From the NCBI GenBank assembly GCA_963743185.1, contig CAVUOT010000006.1, forward strand, positions 370,107 to 434,106: a stretch of 64,000 bases of DNA, in the 5' to 3' direction. The translations under genes and the position numbers were made by a program. Each line of letters begins with the position of its first letter. The stretch's first letter is position 1. Below the pieces are notes generated by a model, which was not told the origin of the DNA, made no database searches, and worked only from the letters and a program-made list of their open reading frames with translations. This document shows positions 31,322 to 40,144 of the stretch, piece after piece. Source of the stretch: an uncultured Chloroflexia bacterium. Lineage in GTDB: Bacteria > Chloroflexota > Dehalococcoidia > DSTF01 > JACRBR01.

Positions 31322-32251
31322 ATGAAGGTTCTGGCCGTAGCCGTCGCCATCGCGTTCCTCGCCGCAGCCGCGTCGCTGGCTACAGCGAGGGCCGATGGCG
31401 ACGGCATCACGGTATCCGTGTCGCCCGATCCGATCCGGGCGGCGCCCGGCGCGATCGTGCAGATCCCGCTGCGGGTCAGCAACAACGAGACTGACCAGCC
31501 CGTCCACTTCACCATCGCGCAGCGGGCGCTGTCGATGGAGGACGAAGGCCGGATCACCGTACTCGAGCAGGCGGACCCGGCGTTCGCGGCGCTAAACGTC
31601 CCAGGCGACGAGCAAACCCTGGATCCGGGAGCGTATCGGGATTATGACTTCGAGCTCCAGGTGCCGGCGCTCGCACCCGACACATACCTCATCGGACTCC
31701 TCGTCAGCGTTCGCAGCGAGACGGTCGGTGCGGTCAACGTGCAGGGCCAGGTCGCCACGTTCGCAATGCTCGACATCCCCGGCGTGCGCGACCGGCGCCT
31801 GCACGCCGAGTTGCATCTGCCTGGATTCCACCTCGGGTCGTCGACGTCGGGTCAGGCTGTATTGTCGAACGTAGGCGGATCTTCATTCAACGTCTGGGGT
31901 GAGATCGATGCCGGCGGCGGGCAGCACGACCGGGTCGGCAAGACCCTTCTTGCCGCTGGCCGACAGCGTTCGGTGCCCGTCAGTACCAGCGCGACGTGGG
32001 GCCTCGGACGCAAGCGTGTGACACTCAACGTCTACCACAACATCACTGACAGCCAGACCGGCGTTGATACCGTGACCGCAACGGTCTGGCTGATACATCC
32101 GGCGTACATCGCTGAAGGCGTGACGGTCCTCCTAGCGGGCAGTCTCGCCTTCATCGAGTGGTTGCTGCGGCGTCGCCGGACCCGGCGGGAGCGGTACTCC
32201 GCCCCGACGCTCCTACCGCACGACCGGCGCGGTCAGTCGAAGGTCGCGTGA
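31322..32251 (+). CDS. Membrane-anchored two-Ig-domain protein (DUF916/DUF3324 WxL-partner or chaperone-like)
   Basis: Signal peptide, VSVSP...APG...VSN, NVGG, C-terminal TM followed by RRRR. Confidence 0.6.
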   Translation: MKVLAVAVAIAFLAAAASLATARADGDGITVSVSPDPIRAAPGAIVQIPLRVSNNETDQPVHFTIAQRALSMEDEGRITVLEQADPAFAALNVPGDEQTLDPGAYRDYDFELQVPALAPDTYLIGLLVSVRSETVGAVNVQGQVATFAMLDIPGVRDRRLHAELHLPGFHLGSSTSGQAVLSNVGGSSFNVWGEIDAGGGQHDRVGKTLLAAGRQRSVPVSTSATWGLGRKRVTLNVYHNITDSQTGVDTVTATVWLIHPAYIAEGVTVLLAGSLAFIEWLLRRRRTRRERYSAPTLLPHDRRGQSKVA

Positions 32252-32330
32252 GTTACTCCGCGTCCGAAGCCGATCAGCGTCGTGGTGCGGTGCCTCTGGC
32301 GTTGAACCGTGCGTCGCGTGTGGGCAAACG

Positions 32331-32356
32331 GAAAGCGGCCCTTAAGGGCCGTTTTC
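32331..32356. terminator. Bidirectional terminator
   Basis: GAAAGCGGCCC-ttaa-GGGCCGTTTTC between converging units. Confidence 0.75.
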
Positions 32357-32368
32357 GTATCTGCGGAA

Positions 32369-32444
32369 TGGCACGGGTGGAGGGACTCGAACCCCCGACC
32401 GGCGGTTTTGGAGACCGCTGCTCTCCCAACTGAGCTACACCCGT
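32369..32444 (-). tRNA. tRNA-Trp (CCA), encoded CCA end
   Basis: ACGGGTGTAGCTCAGTTGGGAGAGCAGCGGTCTCCAAAACCGCCGGTCGGGGGTTCGAGTCCCTCCACCCGTGCCA, a 76-nt cloverleaf. Confidence 0.97.
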
Positions 32445-32493
32445 GTGCCACCCTCAGTATACGGAGCGATGCCGATCGGCGGAACCCGGGTCG

Positions 32494-33231
32494 CTACCCC
32501 GGCGTGCGGGCGTCAACCACGCGGCGCACCAGGTCCGGGAAGTTGCTGCAGATACTGTCGACACCCGCCACGCACATCTGCTCCATGTCGGCCTCGGCGT
32601 CCACCGTCCACGTCATGAACGTCAATGAACGCCGCTGCCCCTGCCGCACAATCTCCGGCGTCGCGAACGCGTAGTACACGCTCACGCCCTGCGCGTTCAG
32701 TGAAAGCGCGAACCCGAAGAACTCCTGCCAGTCGACCACGCGGCGTCCGTCCGTCAGCAGCGCCGCGGCGAGTCGCGGCTCCACCGCGCGCATCGCGCGC
32801 ACCACCCGTGGATAGAACGAATGCACTTCGCAATCCGCGATGGCATCCGCCGCGCGCACGACGTCCGCCACCTGCGATTCGATGCCCGCCTGCTTCACCT
32901 CGATCTGCAGCAGCGCCTTGCCCTTCGTCAGGTCCAGCACTTCGGTCAGCAGCGGGATCTTCGCGCCGTGAAACTTCGGTGCGAACTGCCTTGCCCCGGC
33001 GTCGAGCGCACGCGCCACATCGAGCGTCATCTCGTGTATGTTGCCGGCGCCGTCGGTGGTTCGGTCCACGGTGTCGTCGTGGATCAATACCACCGCTCCG
33101 TCCGACGTGCAGTGCACGTCGATCTCGATCGCGTCCGCGCCCAGCCGCAGGGCCGCCTCTATCCCCGCGAGCGTATTCTCCGGCGCGTGCCCCTTGCACG
33201 CCGCGTGTGAAGTGACGAGCGGCGATCTCAT
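32494..33231 (-). CDS. Glycerophosphodiester phosphodiesterase family protein
   Basis: APENTL, IEIDV...DG.VVLIHD.TVDRTT and WTVD. Confidence 0.9.
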   Translation of the reverse strand: MRSPLVTSHAACKGHAPENTLAGIEAALRLGADAIEIDVHCTSDGAVVLIHDDTVDRTTDGAGNIHEMTLDVARALDAGARQFAPKFHGAKIPLLTEVLDLTKGKALLQIEVKQAGIESQVADVVRAADAIADCEVHSFYPRVVRAMRAVEPRLAAALLTDGRRVVDWQEFFGFALSLNAQGVSVYYAFATPEIVRQGQRRSLTFMTWTVDAEADMEQMCVAGVDSICSNFPDLVRRVVDARTPG

Positions 33232-33299
33232 GCGTCCAGTGTAGTGCCTGGCGGAGCGACGTCACACCGTAGCCGAGACGGTCGCGGAGACGGGGCGCC

Positions 33300-34493
33300 C
33301 TAGATCCGGTCCGAGTTCCAGAACCGCAGCGGCGTCTCCGGCAGCAGCGCGTCGATCCGTCGCGCGACGTCGGCGGGCGGGCGGGGCCGCAGCGAGCGTG
33401 CTCGCCCGCCGCTGCCCGAGCAGCGCGTCGAGCGGTGGCCCCCGCGTCGAGCACGTGCGTCGCGCCGTTGCGGCGCATCGCGACGGAACGGGTCGTCACG
33501 TCGAGCACCGCACTCTCGCCGTCGTGCGACGTCAGGCCGAGCCGGACCGGCGGACCCGGATGCCCGGCCGCGCGCGTCCGCAGTTGCGGCAGGAGCTCGC
33601 CGAGCAGCGCTTCGAGCGGAGACGATGCGCGCCATCATCGGGAAGGGGACGTCCGTCGTCTCCGTCGCCGAGGTGATTGCGCGGATCGCCGTCGCCAGCG
33701 GGTGATCACCGGGGGCGAGCGTCACCAGGCGTTCTCGATGAGCAGCGGCGCGCTGTCCAGCGGCCGCGAGCAGCGCGGCGACGGCGCCGTCGTGACGTGG
33801 CGCGCACTCCGCCTCGAGGATCTGGTGGCCGTACGTGCGGCAGCGCGACCGTAGGTACGCGACCGGCACGCCGTTGCGCTCGGCGACGAAGCAGCCGCCG
33901 GCGTCCTCCGCCAGCCAGTGCGCCGCATCGCGCCAGGTGCGGCGGGTGCGTACGATGGTGCCGGTGCCGCCGGCGATCGCGCGGCGATAGATGGCCAGCA
34001 GCCGCGGTACGTCGTGCTCCGTCATCGCGCGCACGGCGTAGAGCCCGGTGTGCGGCGTCGCGGCGGCGTCGCGCGCATCGGCCTCGAAGGACGGCTCGCG
34101 CACGATCCGGTAGCCCAACTGCTCGTAGAAGCCGGCGATGCCCGTGAACAGGAACGAGACGGCCATCCCCTCGCGCCGCATCTGGCCGAGGGCGTCGCGC
34201 ATCAGTGCCGTCGCGATGCCGCAGCCGCGGGCGTCGAGGCGCGTCGCGACGGAGCCGATGCCGCCGGCTGCCACCGGCACGCCGCGGACGAGCATCGTGC
34301 GCGCGAAGATGCGTACGTGGCCCGCGATATGGCCATCGACGATGGCGACGCGCCCGTGCCGGAGCCGGAACGTGACGTCGCGCTCCGTCAGCGCCACGAA
34401 CAGCGAGCGCGGGGCTTCGGGGAACGATTGCTCGAGCAGGTCGTAGACGGCTGGCAGATCTGCCGTGCGTACGGCGCGGATGGTCGTGTTCAT
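33300..34493 (-). CDS. Eis-like GNAT acetyltransferase, compensating frameshifts (~33625, ~33435)
   Basis: GIGSVAT...RG.GIA and FYEQLGY; SCP2-like tail. Confidence 0.85.
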   Translation of the reverse strand: MNTTIRAVRTADLPAVYDLLEQSFPEAPRSLFVALTERDVTFRLRHGRVAIVDGHIAGHVRIFARTMLVRGVPVAAGGIGSVATRLDARGCGIATALMRDALGQMRREGMAVSFLFTGIAGFYEQLGYRIVREPSFEADARDAAATPHTGLYAVRAMTEHDVPRLLAIYRRAIAGGTGTIVRTRRTWRDAAHWLAEDAGGCFVAERNGVPVAYLRSRCRTYGHQILEAECAPRHDGAVAALLAAAGQRAAAHRERLVTLAPGDHPLATAIRAITSATETTDVPFPMMARIVSARSAARRAPAATADARGRASGSAGPARPDVARRRECGARRDDPFRRDAPQRRDARARRGGHRSTRCSGSGGRARSLRPRPPADVARRIDALLPETPLRFWNSDRI

Positions 34494-34543
34494 GCTGATG
34501 ATCGTATCTGTTGCAGGAGCACACTGCTGCGTGTCCGGCGTGC

Positions 34544-34682
34544 TTGACGGGGAGCTGTCGCGTTACGTAAGATCGCCTAGTAACCTTCAAGCTGACCTGG
34601 CGGTCATACCTGCTGGCGGTACAAGCCAGTCGCCGGGCCGATGCGAGACGCCTTCCGGGGCGCTCGACGGCGCGGCTTTTTT
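34544..34682 (+). promoter_or_regulatory. Sigma70 promoter plus structured leader ending in a terminator (candidate riboswitch, attenuator or sRNA)
   Basis: TTGACG (34544)-18 nt-TAAGAT (34568); hairpins; long stem 34623-34678 running into T6 (34677-34682). Confidence 0.6.
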
Positions 34683-34696
34683 GTCGCTGGGACGTT

Positions 34697-35425
34697 ATGG
34701 CGGTTTCGACGAAGACGTACGACCTGTATCTGGAATCGGGACCGCGTCGAAAGAAGACGATGGTCCACGTGCTGGACTTGCTGGGGTGCATAGCGGTGGG
34801 TGCAACGACCGAAGAGGCTATCGAGGCGGCGCCAGACGCGATCCGCGCCTATCTACGGTTCCTGTCCCGGCACGGCGAGCGGGTGTCCCCGGATGCGCCG
34901 TTCACGATCCGCGTGCGCGAGCACATCACCGAGGGCATGTGGCTCGGCCACGGCTCGCCGTACCTGCTTTTCGAGCCGGACCCGAAGCCGGTGTCGGCGC
35001 GAGAGATCGAGACCTTCCTCGCGCGCTTTCATTGGATGCGCGAGGCACTGGTCTCCTGGGCCGAACAGCAGACGGACCGCAAACTCGACGCCGCGTCGAA
35101 GGCCGGGCGCAGCGCACGCGCCGTGCTGCTGCACGTCCTGGGCGGGCCGGGTGGCTATCTGTCGGCCGCGCTTGGCGGCGCGACCGGCTTCTCGCGCGTC
35201 GCCGCTGCCGCCGAGCGCGGCGAGATCGGGCTGCCGGAAGCGCTGCGAACGATCGACGCGATGGCAGCCGAGCGCGTCCGCGCCACGACGGCGGAGGAAC
35301 GATCGACGGTCCGCCAGCGGCCGAAGGATGTGCGCACGCTCCGCAAAGCCCTGCGGCGCATGCTGGAGCACGACTGGGAGCACCTGGCGGAGCTGTCACG
35401 CCGGCCGGGAGGCCCTGAGCTGTGA
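34697..35425 (+). CDS. HicB-like N-terminal domain plus DinB-like helical domain protein
   Basis: LDLLGCIAVGATTEEA (HicB-like); VLLH...RRMLEHDWEHL (DinB-like His motif). Confidence 0.75.
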   Translation: MAVSTKTYDLYLESGPRRKKTMVHVLDLLGCIAVGATTEEAIEAAPDAIRAYLRFLSRHGERVSPDAPFTIRVREHITEGMWLGHGSPYLLFEPDPKPVSAREIETFLARFHWMREALVSWAEQQTDRKLDAASKAGRSARAVLLHVLGGPGGYLSAALGGATGFSRVAAAAERGEIGLPEALRTIDAMAAERVRATTAEERSTVRQRPKDVRTLRKALRRMLEHDWEHLAELSRRPGGPEL

Positions 35426-36672
35426 TGGTGACTCGCACGGACGATGCCGCAACGACAGCTGCGATCGATTGCACACGTCGCGCGCGCCGATTGCGGATAT
35501 CCTCGACCGCGCGCTCGCGGGCGAGCGGCTGACGCCGGACGACGGCTATCGCCTGATCGACGCCGACGCGACGGAGCTCGCGTCGATGATGGCTGCGGCA
35601 TCCGAGCTGCGCGACCGCGGCCACGGACGCGTCGTCACGTATTCGCGCAAGGTCTTCATCCCGCTGACGAACCTCTGCCGTCAGAAGTGCGGCTACTGCA
35701 CCTTCGCGCGCGGTCCGCGCGATCCCATCGCGCACACGATGACGCCGGACGAGGTGCTCGCCGTGGCGCGCGCCGGCGCCCGGCAGGGCTGCAAGGAGGC
35801 GCTGTTCTCGCTCGGCGAGCGGCCGGAGGAGATCTATGAGAACGTGCGCAGCCGACCTCGCGCGCTTCGGCCATGCGACGATGTCGTCGTACCTGCGCGA
35901 GATGGCGGAGCTGGTGCTGCGCGAGACCGGCCTCCAACCGCACATCAACCAGGGCCTGATGGAGCATGACGAGATCGTCTCGCTGCGCGAGGTGAGCGCA
36001 TCGATGGGGATGATGCTCGAGACCGTGTCGCTGCGGCTGCACGAGAAGGGCGGTGCGCACTGGAACTGCCCCGGAAAGATCCCGGAGGAGCGGCTTCGCA
36101 CGATGCGTATCGCCGGCGAAGAGAAGGTGGCGTGGACGACGGGCATCCTCATCGGCATCGGCGAGACGCGTGAAGAGCGGGTCGATTCGCTGTTCGCCAT
36201 CCGCGAACTGCACGACGAGCATCGCCAGATCCAGGAAGTGATCGTGCAGAACTTCCGCGTCAAGGAAGACATCGCCATGCGTCACCGCGACGAGCCGAGC
36301 GTCTTCGAGATGCTGCGGACGATCGCGACCGCGCGGTTGATCCTCGGGCCGCGGATGAACATCCAGGCGCCGCCGAACCTGACGCCCGACGCGCATGGCA
36401 TGTACCTGCTCGCCGGCATCAACGACTGGGGCGGCATCTCGCCCGTCACGAAGGACCACATCAACCCGGAGCGCCCGTGGCCTAACCTGCTCGAACTGAA
36501 AGAGACGTGCGCCGACGCCGGCTTCGAGTTGCGCGAGCGCCTGGGCCTCTACCCCGAGTATGTGCGTGAGGACGCTGGCTACGAAGGCTTCATCTCGGAT
36601 GGCGTGCGGGCACGGATCGAACGCCTCAGCGACACCGAAGGGCTCGTCAAGCGAGAGGAAGAACGATGGTAA
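35425..36672 (+). CDS. cofG: FO synthase subunit CofG, frameshift near 35850 (5' end uncertain)
   Basis: TYSRKVFIPLTNLCRQKCGYCTF, TTGILIGIGE, QAPPNL and GINDWGGISPVT.DH.NPE. Confidence 0.93.
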
Positions 36673-36685
36673 GGCTTGCGCAGAA

Positions 36686-36819
36686 CAGACAGCAAACAGC
36701 AGACAGCAGAGCCGTAGGGGCCTGCGTGACCGCTTGCGCACCCTATGCACCGAATGCACCGATAGCGAAAGCGACAAGAAGATGACGAACAACCAGCGAC
36801 CAGCGACCAGCGACCAGAA
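36686..36819. repeat. Cluster of short tandem repeats
   Basis: CAGACAG/CAAACAG x3 from 36686, ATGCACCGA x2 near 36744, ACCAGCG x3-4 at 36792-36819. Confidence 0.7.
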
Positions 36820-38098
36820 CACCATCTCCTGGTCCCGTCCGCTCCCCGTCGATCGCGAAGTGGCGCGTGTCCTCGATCGCGCGCTCGACGGTTACGACAT
36901 CAGCGTCGATGAGGCCGTGACGCTGTTCGGTGCACACGGGCCGTCGCTGGCGGCGACGATTCAGACTGCCGACGAGCTGCGGCGCCGCACGGTCGGCGAT
37001 GTCGTCACGTACGTCATCAACCGCAACATCAACTTCACGAACGTCTGTATCAAGCATTGCGGCTTCTGCGCGTTCAGTCGGGACCACCGCGAGGAAGAGG
37101 GCTATTTCTTGCCCATGGAGGAGGTGATCCGGCGCGCGCGGGAAGCGTATGACCTTGGAGCGCGCGAGGTGTGCGTGCAGGCCGGGCTGCCACCAAAGAT
37201 GGACGGCTACTACTACGTCGATCTGACGAAGGCGATCAAGCGCGAGATGCCCGACATGCACATCCACGGCTTCTCGCCCGAGGAGGTGCTGTACGGCGCC
37301 GTCCGCGCGAAGTGCTCGATCGAGGAGTACCTCCGCGCGCTCAAGGATGCGGGTGTCGGCAGCCTGCCCGGCACGTCGGCGGAGATCCTGGACCAGGAGA
37401 TTCGCGACAAGATCTCGGCCGGCCGCATCACGAAGGAGCAGTGGGTCGACGTTATCACGACCGCCCACCGCGTTGGTATTCGTACGACGTCGACGATCAT
37501 GTACGGCCACATCGAGACGCCGCGCCACGTCGCCGCGCACATCGGCCTGTTGCGCGATATCCAGAAGGACACCGGCGGCTTCACCGAGTTCGTGCCGCTG
37601 AGCTTCATCGCGTCGGAGTCACCGATGTACAGCAAGAAGCTCGTCCAAGGGCTCCGCCCGGGCGCGACCGGCGCCGAAGTGATCAAGATGTACGCCGTCG
37701 CGCGTATCATGCTCAACAACTGGATTCCGAACCTGCAGGCGTCGTGGGTGAAGGAGGGACCGAAGCTCGCGCAGATGGCGCTCGACGCCGGCTGCAACGA
37801 CTTCATGGGCACGTTGATCAACGAGAGCATCAGCACGTCGGCCGGCGCGATCTACGGCCAGCGCATGGCGCCGCGCGAGATGCGCGCGCTGATCCGCGAG
37901 ATGGGCCGCATCCCCGCCGAGCGTGACACGCTCTACGGCATCAAGCGCACGTTCGGTATCGATCCCGACGACCACTACGACCCGCTCGACCTTGCGGACG
38001 GCAGCGACGAGCGCTTCGGCAGCTACATCAAGCTCACGCAGGACGCGCACTTCAAGTTCGCTGAGCAGTACAAGCGGGCCGAGCCGGTGGCGGGATAG
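36782..38098 (+). CDS. cofH: FO synthase subunit CofH
   Basis: VTYVINRNINFTNVCIKHCGFCAF, LPGTSAEIL, TIMYGHIE, FTEFVPL and NLQASWVK. Confidence 0.93.
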   Translation: MTNNQRPATSDQNTISWSRPLPVDREVARVLDRALDGYDISVDEAVTLFGAHGPSLAATIQTADELRRRTVGDVVTYVINRNINFTNVCIKHCGFCAFSRDHREEEGYFLPMEEVIRRAREAYDLGAREVCVQAGLPPKMDGYYYVDLTKAIKREMPDMHIHGFSPEEVLYGAVRAKCSIEEYLRALKDAGVGSLPGTSAEILDQEIRDKISAGRITKEQWVDVITTAHRVGIRTTSTIMYGHIETPRHVAAHIGLLRDIQKDTGGFTEFVPLSFIASESPMYSKKLVQGLRPGATGAEVIKMYAVARIMLNNWIPNLQASWVKEGPKLAQMALDAGCNDFMGTLINESISTSAGAIYGQRMAPREMRALIREMGRIPAERDTLYGIKRTFGIDPDDHYDPLDLADGSDERFGSYIKLTQDAHFKFAEQYKRAEPVAG

Positions 38099-38165
38099 CG
38101 TCTGCCCTGTCGTACACAGACAGGTCTTCGAACCGATCCGCTTGATGCGCGACGCGATCCTTGAC

Positions 38166-38939
38166 TCAGTCGGCCGGCTCGTTCTGCATATGCCACGTTG
38201 ATCGCACGACCTCGCCGCGCCCATCGAGGATCGCGGCCACCATCTGCGCGCCCTCATCGACAATCAGCTCCCACAGCCGGGCGCCAGCGTCAGGGCTCGC
38301 GGCCGTGGGGTCGCCGATCACGCCGGTGTCGCTGATCGCCGCGAAGTCCATCTCTCGTTTCCACTCGAAAGGCCGCAAGTCCGGTCGCGCTATGAGATCG
38401 TGGCGGACGGATTCTGGCCGGAGCAGCATACAGATCGACGTTGCGAACGAGTCCGCGTGCCCGCCTGCGATGCGACGCCCGAACGCTTCGTCAGCGATGC
38501 GCGGATAGTCGGGCAGCGGCTGCCAGGCCACTGCCTGTTCGTGCGAGGCGTTGAAACGCTCGATGACGTTCGTCAGGTCGTGCTGCCCGCAGCCGCGCCA
38601 CACGATGATTGTCTCGAAGCCTTGCGCCGCCATGCTTCGGAGCACGTCTTCCACGACGGCTTCGTGCGTCGACTGTCGCAGATTCACGTACCCCGCGCCG
38701 AAGCTGGCATGCTCCGGCGTCGGGCCGAACGGCAGTGTCGGCAACACGAGCACGGCACGCCCCCGTTGCGATTGCACACGCTCCGCGATCGCCTGCGCCA
38801 TCGCAGAGATCATCAGCGTGTCGAAGTCGACCGACAGGTGTGGTCCTTGCTGCTCCGTGCATCCGAGCGGCGCGAACACGATCGCACGTTCCGACGCGTA
38901 ATCGCGGACCTGCTCGTACGTGAGATCGGCGAAGTTCAC
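38166..38939 (-). CDS. Divergent creatininase-family amidohydrolase
   Basis: PLGCTEQQGPHL, FG...EH..FG.G and TGVIGDPTAAS...G. Confidence 0.8.
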   Translation of the reverse strand: MNFADLTYEQVRDYASERAIVFAPLGCTEQQGPHLSVDFDTLMISAMAQAIAERVQSQRGRAVLVLPTLPFGPTPEHASFGAGYVNLRQSTHEAVVEDVLRSMAAQGFETIIVWRGCGQHDLTNVIERFNASHEQAVAWQPLPDYPRIADEAFGRRIAGGHADSFATSICMLLRPESVRHDLIARPDLRPFEWKREMDFAAISDTGVIGDPTAASPDAGARLWELIVDEGAQMVAAILDGRGEVVRSTWHMQNEPAD

Positions 38940-39136
38940 TCTCGCGTGACGGCGTCCAGCAGCCGCCGTGACGCCTCCGCTATCTCGTCGACCGCCGCGT
39001 CGAACGCGGACGCGTTGCGCTGCGAGGGCATGCGGTAGCCGCTCACCTTGCGCACGAACTGCAGCGCCGCGGCGTGGATCTCGTCATCGGTCGCGGGCTC
39101 GTCCGCTCGGCGCAGCGTCTTGATGCTTCTGCACAT
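38936..39136 (-). CDS. DUF2277-like small protein
   Basis: MCRSIKTL...AAALQFVRKVSG. Confidence 0.8.
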   Translation of the reverse strand: MCRSIKTLRRADEPATDDEIHAAALQFVRKVSGYRMPSQRNASAFDAAVDEIAEASRRLLDAVTRE

Positions 39137-39322
39137 GCCGGTACCGTATCACACTCCACCGGTGACGATAGAGCGCCTCTGGAAGGCTGGGGACGGCGGG
39201 CGCACAATGGCGCGTCCCAGCACACGAAAGGCCATGTTACCTATCCCGCACCGGGCCGGATGGCCCTATTTCGGCAGTTTTAGCTTGTGATACATTGAGA
39301 ACCAAGGCAGGCGATCAATTCT

Positions 39323-39958
39323 ATGCAGGCAACACGCCAAGATATCCTCGACTACCTCCGCCATCACGCCGAAGCGACGGTCAAGGAGCTGGGTGAGCAT
39401 CTCGGACTCACTTCGACGGGGATCCGCCAACACCTCACGGTCCTCGAGCGCGACGGTCTCGTTGAGGCGCACGAGGAGCGAGGCCGCGTAGGGCGCCCGG
39501 CGCTCGTTTACCGGCTGACTTCGGGCGGAGATGCGCTCTATCCCAAGAAGTACGATGAGCTCGCGAACGCGCTGATCGAGGAAGCACGTCATCTGCTCGG
39601 GCCCGACGCGCTCCAGCAGCTTATGAAGAACGTCGCCGCTCGCTTCGCCGCGCCGTATCTGCCTCGACTCGAAGGACGGCCGGTCGCGGAGCGGCTGGAC
39701 CTGCTCTTGCAGGCGATCCAGGAGCGAGGGAACGTGGCCGACGCCTCGTGGTCCGGCGACGATTACGTTATAGAGAAGCACACCTGTCCGTACTGGAACG
39801 TCGCGACGAAGAACAGCGCCGTGTGCGCGCTCGATGTCGAGTTCGTCCGTCAGCTTGCTGGCAGAGACGCGCGTCTCAGCTCAAGCCTCCTTCGTGGCGA
39901 CGACCGTTGTACGTTCCGCATCCGGCCGCGCAACGGCGCGACGATGGATCGGCACTGA
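39323..39958 (+). CDS. Winged-helix regulator, SufR-like
   Basis: IRQHL..LE.DGLV, GRP...Y.LT and C-terminal CPY...VC...C. Confidence 0.8.
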   Translation: MQATRQDILDYLRHHAEATVKELGEHLGLTSTGIRQHLTVLERDGLVEAHEERGRVGRPALVYRLTSGGDALYPKKYDELANALIEEARHLLGPDALQQLMKNVAARFAAPYLPRLEGRPVAERLDLLLQAIQERGNVADASWSGDDYVIEKHTCPYWNVATKNSAVCALDVEFVRQLAGRDARLSSSLLRGDDRCTFRIRPRNGATMDRH

Positions 39959-40144
39959 CCCTGATTCTCGCAACATAACGTGAGGCGCGGCAACGCCGTG
40001 TGCGCCTCACTACGCGCGTTCGTATACTGTTGCGAACTACCGGGGCTGGCGAAGCCCGAACTCAATCTCACAAACCATCGAGCACCTCGACGCGCACGGC
40101 TCCGCGCGCCGCGGGTTGCCGCAATCAAGGCCCGCCGGAGGGAC

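Noticed and set aside
29259-32444. Integrated island at the tRNA-Trp 3' end
   Set aside because: No integrase and no duplicated tRNA 3' end seen near nuoN; a normal terminator follows the tRNA.
34575-34685. Canonical FMN riboswitch or SRP RNA
   Set aside because: Only one hairpin resembles FMN P3; GGGCAGGGUGAAAUUCC and GGAUGGGAG are missing, and there is no SRP GGAAGGAAGCAGC core.
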